NCBI RefSeq assembly: GCF_963921235.1
Contig: NC_086118.1
Span: forward strand, 52,948,001-53,012,000
DNA length: 64,000 bases
Reading direction: 5' to 3'
Origin: Mobula hypostoma
Taxonomy: Eukaryota
Shown here: piece after piece, positions 14,071 to 27,880 of the stretch
How positions within the stretch are numbered: the stretch's first letter is position 1
How the letters are laid out: every line of letters begins with the position of its first letter
Notes under the pieces: generated by a model
Databases searched by the model: none
The model's input: only the letters and a program-made list of their open reading frames with translations
What the model was told of the DNA's origin: nothing
Made by a program: the position numbers and the translations under genes

Positions 14071-15700
14071 CAATGTTCCCTCTAATTTTCAGTAGTCAGT
14101 GTGTGCAAAAATCTTATGTTGTGCAAATTTTTTTCCTGTGACAAAAGTATGTGCGCACTGAATGCACACATGGCACAGTTTATGTAGGTTTACAAGGTAT
14201 TTTATATAAAGCTGCACAGAATAACAACAAAATAACATACATGTTTAAGTCACTCCGTTATTTTTTCTGTCTCCTGTCTTTGGCATTTACCCATTCTTTG
14301 TAAGTAAAGGCATCCGTTAGTGTTGCGAGACCATGGATCTGCGCCTGGAAGGTCTTCACTCTCCAGGACGTAGGCCTGGGCAAGGTTGTATGGAAGACCA
14401 GCAGTTGCCTATGCTGCAAGTCTCCCCTCTCCACAACACCAATGTCGTCCAAGGGAAGGGCATTAGGATCCATACAGCTTGGCACCGGTGTCGTCGCAGA
14501 GCAATGTGTGATTAAGTGCCTTGCTCAAGGACACAACACGTTCCCTCGGCTGGGGCTCGAACTCGAACCTCCAATGCCTTAACCACTTGGCCACGTGCCC
14601 ACACCTTCATTCTTTGTAAACTCTATCTAGACTAATAGAACTTCCATCCAATTGATAGCTTTTGATTCTCATTAACATATCCAAATAACATTCACCTAAA
14701 CGATTTCTCAGCTTATTTTTGAGTTGATTCACTAGGCTAAAACCTTGCTCACAGTCCGCACTAGGTACAAGAAAGGTTCCCCCAATGTCCATCAACTGTG
14801 CAAGGTTGCAAAACTGTTCATTTTGAAGTACAAATGCCACCATTTGAGCAAAGTTTGAAATCAATTTGGATTTAATTTTTTCTTGCATGGAAAATTTGAA
14901 ATCATTAAACTGTCTAACTATTACAGTATCTTCAACTAGGAAATCATGATATTTTAGACATAAGGCATTAACTTGTTCATCGCCAAATGTGAAGTCACAA
15001 TCTGCAAGTGCGGAGAAATCAAAAGCTTGTACCTCATCTTTGGAAAACCTTTCTTCTAAATGAACACAAAGACTATTTATAAAAGTCAACAGCGAACTTG
15101 TATCTACTGTGACGTTTTCTTCATATTGTTGACTTAGCAAAACTTTAACTTTGTCACTCCACAAAACATTTTCTCCCAGATACTGCTTTCTTATCTCGTT
15201 AATTTTGCTTTACGCAAAATGAAGTGAATGAATCGGTGTCAGGCCACTCTTCTGCAGAATCTTACACAGTGCAGCCAGTTTATCAAAGACATCACTTAAA
15301 ACCTGTAAAGCTACTTTGTATGTGATGTTTATCAATTTCTTGTGACAGTATTTAGCCTCAGGGTCATTTGACTGATCTTTTTCAATAAAAACTTAGTAAG
15401 CTATCTACAGGATTTGAAACAGATCTTTGTAAACTTTACAATATGAACACTGTCTGCCAAAGATGGCTGCCGCCATGATGCAGCTGTACAAACCTGAACA
15501 GGAAAGGTCAGATGACGTAAATTAGTGATATTTGTGGTATTTGAAAAACTGACTAGCTAGTTAACAGGAACATTTAGCTAAAAGATTATTTTCAATAAGT
15601 ATAATTATTAATTGCTACATTATTTTACCTTTTGTGTGCATATTAATTTCCTTTGTGCGCTGGTTGAAAAACGTGTGCGCACAGCTTAGAGGGAACGTAG
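14071..15700 (-). mobile_element. hAT DNA transposon, internally deleted
   Basis: TIRs CAATGTTCCCTCTAA / TTAGAGGGAACGTAG and an 8-bp TSD TTCCTAAT (14063-70, 15701-08). ORF 14607-15164 has the hAT dimerisation motif (SADCEQGFS...KNKLRNRL). Confidence 0.92.
14304..14607 (-). mobile_element. tRNA-derived SINE with RTE-like tail, inserted in the hAT transposase
   Basis: A and B boxes, central CCTTGAGCAAGGCACTTAA, TSD CATTCTTTGTAA (14292-14303, 14608-19). Confidence 0.88.
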
Positions 15701-18632
15701 TTCCTAATGTATCTGACTTTACCAACACCCCGGCAGTGCATTCCACACATCCGCCACTCTATGTAAAATGCTTACCTCTGACGCGCCCCCTATACTTTGT
15801 CCAATCACTTTAAAATTGTGCCCCTTTCTATTAGCCATTTCCACCCTGAAAAAGTCTCTGGCTATCCACTCAATATATGCCTCGTGAATAATACTGAGAT
15901 GTTGAAAAGTATCCAGAAACTGGTTATTATTTCATGGCTTCGAGCAGCTTAGTTACTAGTAAAAGAGATAGGAACCTATGATTTGGAGAAGCATAGAAAA
16001 GGGCTTATTTGCTCAAGATTTATTAAATGATTGATGAGGCAAATAGACTGTATTTGAACAGAGAGTTTATTTAATTAAAGTTACCAAGGATGAGGGCCAA
16101 AGTTAAGTTAGGTGCTAGGAGGAGGAAGTCACCATCCTGCAGTTACAAATCACTGAACTTCTTTATAATATCTGGAGGTATATACAGTATGGGGATGTTT
16201 TGCAGGCAACTCACAAAACTACTGGATATACATCTTCTGAAATGCTATCACTGCAATCTGCAGCCTGTAATTTCCCTTTAAGAAACTTACTTTAGAATCA
16301 CTAGCGATCTTATGATCTTCTGAAGAGTTCAGTTTTTTTTAAATTTGCACAATTTGTCTTCTTTTGCACATCGGTTGTTTGTCAAACTTTGTTTGTATAT
16401 AGATTTTCATAAGTTCTATTGTATTTCTTTATTTTCCTGCAGGAAAACGAATTTCAAGACGGTAAATGGTAACATATATTTACCTTGAATTTGACTTTGA
16501 ACCTGTTTCTGGCTAGGGCTGCAATCACCTGTAGAAAAAGAAGTGTTTACTTTGAGGAATTTTAGGTCAGTTTGATCTACTGAACTGGTTTTAATTCCCT
16601 CAGGAATTTAGAGGGAAAAATACTCAACTTGCACAAGCCCAACAGGCTTGGGTTGTTACTTAGTTTTGATTGTCCGGGTGATTTCAGATAGGGTGGAAAG
16701 TTTTATAATGATGCATATTTGATGAAGGAGTGGCACAGTTGTGTAGAAGTTAGTGCAACACTTTACAGTGCTAACTGTAGAATCAAGGTTCAATTTCTGC
16801 CGCTGTCTGTAAGGAGTTTGTACGTTTTCCCCGTGACTACGTGAATCTCCTCTGGGTGCTCCGGTTTCCTCCCATATTCCAAAGATATATGGGTTTGGGT
16901 TAGTGAGTTGTGAGCATGCTATGTTGGCACTGGATGCCTGACGACACTTGCAGACTTCTCCAGCGTAACCCTTGCTGATTTTATTTGATGCAAATGACAC
17001 ATTTTATAATTTATACTTTATTGTCGCCAAACAATACATTTCACTGTATGTTTCAATGCACATGCGACAAATAAAGCTAATCACTTAAAGTTGTGCAGAA
17101 TAGAATAGATGGAGAAGAGGGTCTTTTTCTGTCCAATGTTGTTTACATATTTCTGTAAACAACAGCAAGAGAAAGTATGGTCTGCTTGACCTGCTGAGTT
17201 CCTCCAGCATTTTGTGTATGTTGCTGAAGAGAAAATACAGTTAATTTTAGACCACAAGACATTGGAGCAGAATTAGGCTATTGATTCTTCTACGCCATTC
17301 AATCATGGCTGATTTATTTTCCCTCAACTCCATTCTCCTGCCTTCTCCCCGTAACCTTTGACACACTTACTAATCAATTTGGATCACATTGGTTAAGTAG
17401 TAACTTGTCTTGAGTCTAGGAGAAAATTAATTTTTTCCCATTAGTGCCATGTGCCTTGGGATTAATAGCACGGGTCATTTATACACATCTGAGAAGGTTT
17501 GCAATTTCATAGTTCAGCCTTTCACCTGAAGGACAGCATCTCATGCATCTCCAAGGTTGGTGTGTTAATCTAAATATTGGTCTCAGGTTTTGGAGTGTGG
17601 CATAAATTCGTGACTTTCAATCTTAGAAGCAATGACTCATGCCATTATAGCAGTCAACTGTATTATTCCCCTACAAGATTTAATTGGAGGAAATATAGGC
17701 AGAATATTAAGTTTTATAAATTTTGACAGAGACTTTAAATATTTTTGTCTTCAGGAAAATGAGAAGCATTGTACTTCGCTATGTTCCATTCATAGTAATT
17801 TATATGAAAGTATACACTACAAATAAATAATTTCCATATGTTGAGATCCACAGTCTCTGGAGAAAGAGTGAGAATGGCAACATAATCACCTCATTTTAGA
17901 ACAATTCTCTTGCCTTTGGGGGATGGGTGGAATATTTAAACTGACAAAAATGTTCAGAAAATGATGTAATGACTGATACAATTAGTTTTGTTAACATTTT
18001 AAACTATGTATGACAGCATACAGCTTTTTAAAAAAAAATGATTAAGCACATTTTTCCAGCAAAGTGTCACCAGGAATAACGAAATAGCGAGACATATTTC
18101 ATTCCCTTCTCCCTGATGGTGACGAACAGCAGAACATTTTGGTTAAGTTGCAAACAATATGATAGATTAACTAGAAGTGACATCTTTTTTCTGAAATGCT
18201 TGTTTTAATATTGTTTCTACTTTATATTTCTCTTTAGGATATGGGATTCTCATTCTTTATTTAGGGACGTGAAGTGCAAAAAAATACGTAAGACAGTGAC
18301 GAACATGAGAGATTCTTCAGATGCTGGAAATACAAAGTAATACACACGCACGCAACACTGGAGAAACTCGGCCGGTCAGGCAGCATCTATGGAAAAGAAT
18401 AAACAATCGAAGTTTCAGACCAAGACCCCTCTTCAGGACTGTTATAGGAAGACAATGGTATAGAATAGAGACAAAAAAGTGAGTCATAATGTGGTCTATT
18501 CAGAGCATAAAAGTCCTGATCAAAATAACAAATCCTGTTTACCAAAATTATGGGAAGAGCTCAATGCTATTTTCAACCATAATTTACCCATGGGCATATA
18601 TTCTCATGAATAGGTGAAACCACCATCACGTA

Positions 18633-19190
18633 TACAAAATGGCCACTTTATTAGATCCCTCCTGTATCTAATAAAGTGGCCACTGAATGTATGTTCGTGA
18701 TCTTCTGCTGCTGTAGCCTATCCACTTCAAGGTTCAATGTGTTGTGTGTTCAGAGATGCTCTTTTGCACACTGCTGTTGTAAAGCATGTTTATTTGAGTT
18801 ACTGTTACCTTCCTGTCAGCTTGAACCAGTCAGGCCATTCTTCTCTGTCCTCTCTCATTAACAAGGCATTTTTGCCCATAGAACTGCTGCTCACTGGGAT
18901 TTGTTTTTTTTTTGATTTTTCACACCATTCTCTGTAAACTCTAAAGACTGTTGTGCATGAAAATCCCAGGAGATCAGCAGTTACTGAGATACTGAAACCA
19001 ACCGGTCTGGCACCAATGGTCAAAGTCACTTAGATCACATTCCTTCCACATTCTGATGCTTGGTCTGAACAACAACTGAACCTTTTGACCATGCCTGCAT
19101 GCTTTTATGCATTGAGTTGCTGCCACATGATTGGCTGATGAGATATTTGCATAAATGAGCAGGTGTACCTAGTACAGAGGCCATTGAGTA
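18633..19190 (-). mobile_element. Tc1-like non-autonomous element (CAGTGGCCACTTTATTAGGTAC TIR family)
   Basis: Degenerate TIRs; internal sequence shared with 58322-58845 and 61513-62042. Confidence 0.8.
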
Positions 19191-19334
19191 AGCCATAGAA
19201 GACAATTAAAATACTAACCAAACAACTTTCCTGGTTTTCAATATTAACTTCTCATGGCAATTCCTGTCTCTAATTGTCCATCCAAATGACAATCACTGCA
19301 ATTTTGTTTAAGTCTGATCTTTTTTTGTCTATTA

Positions 19335-19615
19335 TAAACAAGAAATTCTGCAGATACTGGAAATCCAAAGCAACACACACAAAATGTGGTGGAACTCAGG
19401 AGGTCAGGAAGCATCTATGAAAATGAATAAACAGTGGATGTTTCAGGCCGAGACCCTTCTTCGGGACTGGAAAGGAAGGAGGAAGACGCCAGAATAAAAA
19501 TATCTCTTCTTTCAGTTAGTCCTGACGAAGGGTCTCAGCCTGAAAAGTCGACTGTACTTCTTCCTACAGATACTGCCTGCCCTGCTGCGTTCACCAGCAA
19601 TTTTTATGTGTTGCT
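19335..19615. mobile_element. Fold-back Penelope terminal-repeat pair
   Basis: Hammerhead-like motifs on opposite strands at ~19433-19468 (-) and ~19518-19553 (+). Confidence 0.8.
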
Positions 19616-20987
19616 AGAATTTAAAAAAAGGTATCTTTACTTGTATCTTCGTCAAATTAGTCTAATGGAAATAGCTCACATGATACAGCCACAATCCATT
19701 AGCAAAGCTGCTGGAAAGACACTGTCCACAATTAATTTTGTACAGTTTACACAAATTCAGAGTGAGAAAAAGCCATTCAATACTCAAAATGTTTGTTACT
19801 TGCTGTCTCACTGTAACATAATGCCTGAGGGCTCAGGTGAGAGAAGCAAGGATAGGTGATAGTTTCTGCAGACTTTCCACAGATGGTGGGACATCCTAAT
19901 CAGGCTTCTTGCTGAATTGTACCTTTAGAAACATCATTCACTGCTCCTCCATCAAGTTCTGAATCAGCCCTCTGCAGAGGTGACCACTCACTCCTCCTGC
20001 ATTAAAAGGTACCAGAAATTTCCTCTTTGCCCTGGTTGCTTTGTCCAGCAGAACACCATACATAATGAATGGTAGTACATAATTTCTCATTATCAGCCTC
20101 TGAAAAGACTTGAACAAGTATAAAACATTCTGTTTTCAGTTTGTGCACTTCCTTGTTGAACAGGAACCATCCTCAACAGTTTGGAACAGCATGGACAAAT
20201 AGTCCATTAGCACCTCCTACTGGTGAGGGCTCCATTTTAATAGAGTCTACTTTTCCTTGAAAAGCAAATACAGAATTAGAATTAATGTCAGTGACACGTC
20301 ATGAAATTTATTGTTTTGCGGCAGCAGTACTGTGTTACACACAAAAATATACAAATTACATAAGAAAATGTATACAATTTATTATTGTAATATAGTTTTT
20401 TTGTGTATAAATACAGTGGATTCTGGTTAATTGGGACAGATCAGACCAGTACATTTTAACGCAATTAAGTGACTGCCCCAGTGAGCTGAAGTTTCAGGGA
20501 AGTAGTTAAAAAGGTATATAAAAAAACAAACTACCATTTAACTGAGTGACACATTATGTATTTAAGTGAAATACAGATTCAATTAGAACACTACCAATTC
20601 TATTGCAGTACTATAAAAGTATGTGTTAGTTCCTTGACAGAGGAATTCAACCAGTGTTCACTGCTATGTATAGGGTGTCCAGGGAGGGGTAGCACTTCTA
20701 GTGAAGGGGCTTATAGTGTCCATTCTGGGGCAGCTCACGCACCTTTGCTTCCTACCAGGTATGCAGCTCTCACCTGTAGCTCCAGCAGATTGTTGTGGAT
20801 GAGATCAACCGAGAGATCCAACAGCCAAGAAAGGGGTTCTGCAGTGCTTCGTGGAGAGTGAAGGGCATGATAAGGCAGAGAAGATGATCTGATTACCCAC
20901 TGCAACCAAGGAAAATCCCAGCTTGTGATGACTGCTCTACCACTGGACCCAGACTTCCGAGGTTGAGAGAGCAAAACTAACTGTCCC

Positions 20988-22022
20988 TGTCATAAGGGGG
21001 CGCTGGTGGCGGACCCAAATGCAAGACACAGACACTGAACTACTAGGACCAGGACGTGACTAGAGAGCTGGGACATGACTGGATGCAGACTAGGAGCTGG
21101 GACAAGAACACAGACTTGGGCTAGGACATTGGCTAGTCAAGCGGGACCAGGACTAGGAACTGGGAACTAGGAGCCTAGGCTTGGATTCCGAGCCAGAGAC
21201 TGGACAAGGACCCAGAACCTGGGTCTTGACTTGGGCTCGGATCTCAGAACTAGGCAAGGACATAACGTGGCTACAGGACTGGACGAGGCTTGGGTTCGGA
21301 CTCCGGAACTAGGCAAAGACATGATGTGGTCTTGGGAGAAAGGAACACAGAACACAGAGCCAGGACCCCTCCTTGGGAACAGGGCATTGGGCCGGGACTC
21401 ATACACAGAACACAGAGAGACAGTTCCCGACACAAGGTAGCAGCAAATAGCCAGACCTACCTAGTGAAGGCATGGTCACCGAGACAGTTCCCAACTTAAG
21501 GTAGCAGCAAACAGCCAGACCTACCTAGTAAAGACATGGACACAGACAGTTCCCAACTCAAGGTAGCAGCAAACAGCCAGACCTACCTAGCAAAGGCATG
21601 GACACAGACAGTTCCCAACTCAAGGTAGCGGCAAACAGCTAGACCTACCTAGTAAAGGCACAGACACAAAGAGACAGTTCCAAACAACAAAAGACAGTTC
21701 CTTATCTAGACACAGCAAGGCTCCAGTCTTGCTCCAGCAGTTGAACTTGACAAAGACACAGGCAAGGCTTCAGGCAGAGGTTGCAGGCACAGCAAGTCTT
21801 CAGGAGGAAGGGGCAGAGAAGGGATTCAGACAGGAGGTTTTAACAAGAACAATCCAGCAGCCAAGCCATGGTCTTCGGAGGTATTTATGTGTCTGCCCAA
21901 ACAAGAATCATGTGCCTTAATTAGAGCACCCAACAGAACAATGGATACCAGAAAACCCGGAATATGGATTGATGAACCAGATGGTGAACTGGAATGCGGA
22001 CTTCACAGACCGGACCATGACA
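20988..22022. mobile_element. Solo LTR (Gypsy/BEL-type)
   Basis: TGTCAT...ATGACA termini and a 5-bp TSD GTCCC (20983-87, 22023-27). Confidence 0.88.
21419..21681. repeat. 62-66-bp tandem repeat (4 full units + 1 partial) inside the solo LTR
   Basis: The unit GACAGTTCCC...AAGGTAGCAGCAAACAGCCAGACCTACCTAG starts at 21419, 21483, 21545, 21607 and 21673. Confidence 0.92.
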
Positions 22023-23639
22023 GTCCCAGTGCAACAGCCTTTTCGCTTTAAAAATTCTCCCACGCAGGTTTCACTGTCGTTATCAGATGCAACAGACAAC
22101 AAAGACCGCATATTCTTTTGATTGACTATAATGAACAAAATTAGCCCATAGCACTAGTGCAGATAATGGACTGCCTTCATACAATACTGTCAATGGTTGT
22201 ATCCTCCAAATCTTCGTTTTCATTGTAACATTCAAGATGATTGTTGATACCTTCAAATTCTTTGTAGTGCCTAACTTTTTGAAGTAGTGAAATCGTTTCA
22301 TTTTCTCTTCCAGTGGTTTCTGGCATCTCCAAGCCTGAATGTTTGAAATCGCAGTGAGCAAAACAATTCTAAATTCCCTTACTGCTTATTTATCACCAAC
22401 TATGACAAGAAAATCACTGCTTTTTGAACACAAGCACATACAACTGATGCTATTTAAACACTGTTTGCTCTAACCATGGTTTAGTGTCTAATAGCCACAC
22501 AGTTTCACGTGACTGACGCTAGTGAGAAACTGTTCTGCAATTGTCTCCTGTCCCAATTAAATGGCATAGTGTCCCAAATAAACAAAGGGAATCCCAGCTA
22601 TTTTCTTGGATAGTTTTTGTTCTTTAAGAGTTGTCTCAAATAGGTAGCTGCCCCAATTGACCGAAGGCCAAATGAACTACATTCACACACACATATATAT
22701 AAGTTAGTGCAAAAATAATAAAATAGTGAGGGAGTGTTCATGGGTTGCTTCATCATCTGTTCAGAAATCTGATGGCAGAGGGGAAGAAGCTGTTCCTAAA
22801 GCATTGGGTGTGTGTCTCCAGGCTCCTGTAGCAATGAGAAGAGGGAGAGGGCATATCCTGGGTGATTTTGTCTTTAATTTTGCCATCTTTAGGGGCATCA
22901 ACTTTTGAAGACGTTCTTAGTGCTGTGGAGGGTATTATCCATAATGGAGCAGGCTGAGTTAGCGACACTCTGCAGCTTTTTCTGATCCAGTGCATTGGAG
23001 CCTCCACAGCAGATGGTGACGCAACCAGTTCGAATGCTCTCGACGGTATTTCTGTAGAAGGTTGCTACAGACTTTGGTGACATATCAAAAATCAAGTTCA
23101 AGTCCAAGTTTAATTATCATTCCACCGTACACAGGATTCCAACCAAATGAAACAGTGTTCCTCTGGGGTAAGGTGTGAAACAGAGTACCAATAATCACAA
23201 ACACCACACAACTCATATAGCACGTATAATTATGATAGCAGGAAACCATACAGTTATGAAAAATAATATAGAAATATAATCTTGTATATTTATGTTATAT
23301 ACAAAGTATTTATATTTGAGTGAGTGAGTTATTTATTTATTTGTTTGTTTGTTTATTTATTTATATAAATAATAATAGTGTAGCCCAAATCCCTGAGTGT
23401 CATGGTCTGTTAATTAATGGTGCATGGATGTTGTCCTGGAGCCATGTTTCTGCAAGAGCAAGCCACAACAGTTTCAAATTTCACACAAATGAATCTAGCT
23501 TGTCTTCCTGTGAGTGAACACTAGAGGGCAGCAGCGACAGTGTTCACTCATAGTGCAGGCCACTCCCAGTATGGAATCCGGAGGCACACAGCCAACTCTG
23601 GCCTCTCCTTTAGCAGACGCAACAGGCAACCCTGAGGCA

Positions 23640-24960
23640 TGAGGGCTGTGTCAGAACATCTTTCAAGAGGATGAACCCCAGTAAGACATCAGGCCCTGAT
23701 GGTGTACCTGACAGAGCTCTGAAAACTTGTGCCAACCAACTGGGAGAAGTGTTTCAAGGACATCTTCATTCTCTCACTGCTGCAGTCGGAGGTCCCCACC
23801 TGCTTCAAGACGGTGACAATTATACCAGTGCCCAAGAAGAGCAGGGTAAGCTGCCTCAATGATTATCACTCAGTCACACTCACATCTGCTGTGATGAAGT
23901 GCTTTGAGAGGTTGGTCATGCCTAGCATCAACTCCAGCCTAAGAAAGGACCTGGAGCCGCTGCAATTTGCCTTTCACCACAATAAGTCTACAGTGAATGC
24001 AATCTCCACTTGGCCTTGGATCACCTGAACAACAGTAATATTTACGTCAGGCTCTTGACTACAGCTCAGCATTCAACACAATCATGCCCCCAGTTCTAAT
24101 CAACCAGTTCAAACAGTTGCAAAACCTGGGCCTATGTACCACCCTCTGCAACTGGATCCTTGACTTCCTCACTGGGAGACTACAGTCTGTGCGGATCGGT
24201 AAATAACATGTCCTCGCTGACATTCAACATTGGGGCACCTCAAGGATGTGTGCTTAGCCTACTACTCTACTCTCTCTACACCCATGAATGAGTGTCTAGG
24301 CGCAGCTCAAATGCCATCTATAAATTTGCCGATGATACTATTGTTTGCAGAATTTTAGGTGGTGATGAGGAGGAGTACAGGAGCAAGACACATCAGCTGG
24401 TTGAGGGGTGTCGCAGCAACACTATGCTCTCAGCATTAGTAAGACCAAGGACTTGATTGTGGATTTCAGGAAGGGGAAGTCAAGGGAACACACACCAGTG
24501 TTTGTTGAGGGATCAAAAGAAGAAAAGGTGGGTGCACAGTTTCAAGTTCCTGGCTGTCAATGTCACTGAAGATTTGTCCTGTGCCCAACATATTGATGCA
24601 ATTAAAAAGAAGGCATGACAGCAGCTATATTTCAACAGGAGTTTGAGGAGAATTGGTATGTCACCAAAGACAGTCTTTAATTTCTACAGATGTAGCGTGA
24701 AGAGTATTCTAACTGGATGTATCACCGTCTGGTATGGATGGGCCTCTACCAAGGATTGGAAAAAGCTGCAGGAAGTTGTAAACTCTGCCAGTTCCATCAT
24801 GGGCACTAGCCTCCCAGCATCCAGGACACCTACAAAAGGCGATGCCTCAAAAAGGCAACATCCATCATTAAGGAACCTCATCATCCAGGGCTTGCCCTCT
24901 TCTCATTGCTACAATCAAGGATGAGGTATAGGAGCCCAATGACATCTTAGGAACAAGAAC
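23640..24960 (+). mobile_element. Rex1/Babar-like LINE, decayed RT
   Basis: [32 protein letters not shown] and KFADD remnants. Confidence 0.85.
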
Positions 24961-25847
24961 CAAATGACTGAAGAGAAGTAACTGTTCTTGAGTCGGATGG
25001 GGTTGGACTTTTAGCTTCTGTGCCTCCTTTCTGATGGCAGTTGCAAGAAAATGACATAGACTAGATGGTGGGATCTATAGATATAGATATAAAGGGATGT
25101 GCCCATGATGCCTTTGTATCCTTGATATAAACCTCTATTTAAATATTCTTGTGTAAAGAGATTAAAGAAAGATGTACATCAAAACATTGAAACATACGTT
25201 TTGTATCAACGACCAGCGCAGTCTGAGGATGTGCAGGGGGCAGCCCACAAGTGTTCCTTTACTTCCAGTACTAACATAGCATGCCCACAACTCAAATAAC
25301 CCTAACCTGTAAGTCTATCAACATGATCGAACATTGCCTTTAAAACTGCAACTATTAAAGACAATAACTTTGTGCATTCTTCTATGCAGCAAATGACCCC
25401 CACCCAGCCTCTTTCTGAGTTTTACAATCTGTCCTCTGGTGTTCTGCAGTCTGAAAGCATGTCTCTGTTCATTGTCAGTCTGTCCTACCACTCAGTCTGA
25501 GACAGAGACTTTGAATCTCAAATGGAATTTTTTAATACCTCCATTGACATTAAAGTTTTATTTACAAACGTAGATTTTGATGAATTTGTAGGGTTTTTTT
25601 TCCTCTCTAGTTTCTTGTTACCGTGAGTTACAAATTTACGACCTTTTTACAATGCTAATTTTCTGCAAAATAGGCATTGTAGAATTTTTTTATATTCTGG
25701 TGATTAGTTTGAGCGCATTTAATCGTCCCATCATGCTCTGCACTTCAATTCATCTTGACAACAGGGGTTGTTTCACTTACAGCATTCAGGAAATTGTTAA
25801 CATGGGGGGAAAATGAAACAAAAACGGCTTTTAATCATCCCAGAGAG

Positions 25848-26332
25848 TACTTCTAACAAACTTGCGATTTTTGTAAATCTAGTCAGCTCCACCTTGGGTA
25901 CAAGCCTACAAAGTATCCAGGACATCTTTAGGAAGCGGTTTCTCAGAAAGGCAGTGTCCATTATTAAAGACCTCCAGCACCCAGGGCATGCCCTTTTCTC
26001 ACTGTTACCATCAGGGAGGAGATACAGAAACCTGAAGGCACACCCTCGGCAATTCAGGAACGGCTCCTTCCCCTCTGCCATCCGATTTCTAAATGGGCTT
26101 TGAAGCTTTGAACACTACCTCACTTTTTTTTAATACACAGTATTTCTGTTTTTACACATTTTTTAATAATTATTCAATATACGTAATTGATTTGTTTATT
26201 TATAATGTTTTATTTAATTTATTTTTTTTCTCTCCCTCTGCTAGTTTATGTATTGCATTGAGCTGCTGCTGCTAAGTGAATAAATTCCATGTCACATGCC
26301 GGTGATAATAAACCTGATTCTAATTCTGATTT
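25848..26332 (+). mobile_element. Rex1-like LINE 3' end
   Basis: IIKDLQHPGHALFSLLPSGRRYR and an ATTCTG tail. Confidence 0.85.
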
Positions 26333-26514
26333 TATTTTTGTTTTTGAGGAAAAGCCAACATATAAGTATATTCCTTGTCCCATTCTCTATTCTTGAATAT
26401 TCTTATGTCATGCAATGTCCTCACCTGAGAATGGGTAGTTGACCTGGGTTTACACTTTGACCAGTTATGCTTGCAACGTGACTGCAAGGATGTATGCAAG
26501 AATTAAGCCTGTTA

Positions 26515-26880
26515 AAGGATTCCCCATTCTGGCCTCCTTCTTACTTCTTCTCACCTGCCCATCACCTCCCCTAGTGCCTATTCTCCTTCCCTTTCTCATA
26601 TGGAGTCCACTTCCTCTCCCAGCAGTTTCCTTTTTCTCCAGCCCTTTACTTCTTCCACCTATCACCTCCCAGTTTCTTACTTCATCCCTTCTCCCCCATC
26701 CACCCGGCTTCACCTTCAAACTGTTACTCATTCCCCTCTCCCAACCTTCTTATTCTGGTTTCTCCCCCCTTCTTTTCCAGTCCTGATGAAGAGCCTCGGC
26801 ACAAAAGGTCAACTTTTTATTCATTTCCATAGATGCTGCCTGACCTGCTAAGTCCCTCCAGTATTTTGTGTGTGTTGTTC
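26515..26880 (+). mobile_element. Penelope-derived 3' fragment
   Basis: Pyrimidine tract followed by AGTCCTGATGAAG...GATGCTGCCTGACCTGC. Confidence 0.7.
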
Positions 26881-27349
26881 AGCCTCTTAAAGGAGTTTTG
26901 ATCTTGAAAAGTGCCTTCCCACAATATTTATATTCTGTGACACATCATGTGTCATTGGGCACGAGCCTGATAATTAAAAAGACAAAAGACACTGGAGATG
27001 CTGGAATCTGGATTGAAAACCATAATGCTGGAAGAACTCAGAGGGTCAAGCATCATCTTTGGAAGCAAAAGATGTAAGTCATTGTTTCAGGTCAAGACTC
27101 TGCATCAGGACTGAGAGGGAACAGATTATAACTGCAGAGAGGGAACTGGTAGCTAATAGGTGAAATCAGATGCAGAGGGGATAATGGGCAGATGGAACCA
27201 GATGGGGAAGGGGTTGGTGGAACAAAGGATGGTAGGTAATAAGGGAGCCAGATAGACAAACAGTGATGGGCAGATGGAGCCAATTATAGGGAGGCGATCA
27301 GAAAGATGCCTTCCCACAACACATCACATGTGTGAATATTGGGAATTTA

Positions 27350-27880
27350 GATTATTGTGAGTATTTGGGACCCATATCTAAGAAAGGACGTGCTGGCATT
27401 GGAGATGGTCTACAGGACATTCCCGAGAATGATCTTGGGAATTAAATGGTTAATGTATGAGGAATGTTTGAAGGCTTTGTGTCTTCTGGAGCTTAGAAGA
27501 ATGACTGGTGGAGGAATCTCATTGAAACCTACTGAATATTGAAAGAGTGAATGTAGAAAGCATATTTCTAATAGTGAAAGAGTCCAGAACCAGAGGGCAC
27601 AGCCTCTGGATAGGAGGGTGTCCCTTCAGAAAAGAGATGAGGAGGAATTTCTTCTGTCAGAGGGTGATGAATGTGTGGAATTCATTGCCACAGTTGGATG
27701 TGGAGGCCAAGTATTTACAGTGGAGGTTGATAGGTTTTTGATGAGGAAGACAATCAGAGGTTACAGGGAGAAGGCCGGAGAATGGGTTTGAGAAGGAAAT
27801 TAAATCAGCCATGCTTGAATGGCAGAGCTGACTCATTGGGCCAAATTACCTAATTCTACTCCTATGTCTTATGATCTAAA
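27350..27880 (+). mobile_element. CR1 3' fragment
   Basis: RRNFFCQRVMNVWNSLP remnant. Confidence 0.8.

Larger units (their letters stand above)
20412..22690 (-). mobile_element. Tigger/pogo-type transposon relic, interrupted by later insertions
   Basis: Left end TACAGTGGATTCTGGTTAATTGGG and a degenerate right end. The minus strand at ~22170-22370 encodes NCFAHCDFKHSG, resembling a Tigger transposase C-terminus. Confidence 0.65.

Noticed and set aside
21419-21681. CRISPR-like repeat array
   Set aside because: The units are contiguous tandem copies with no unique spacers, inside a eukaryotic LTR.
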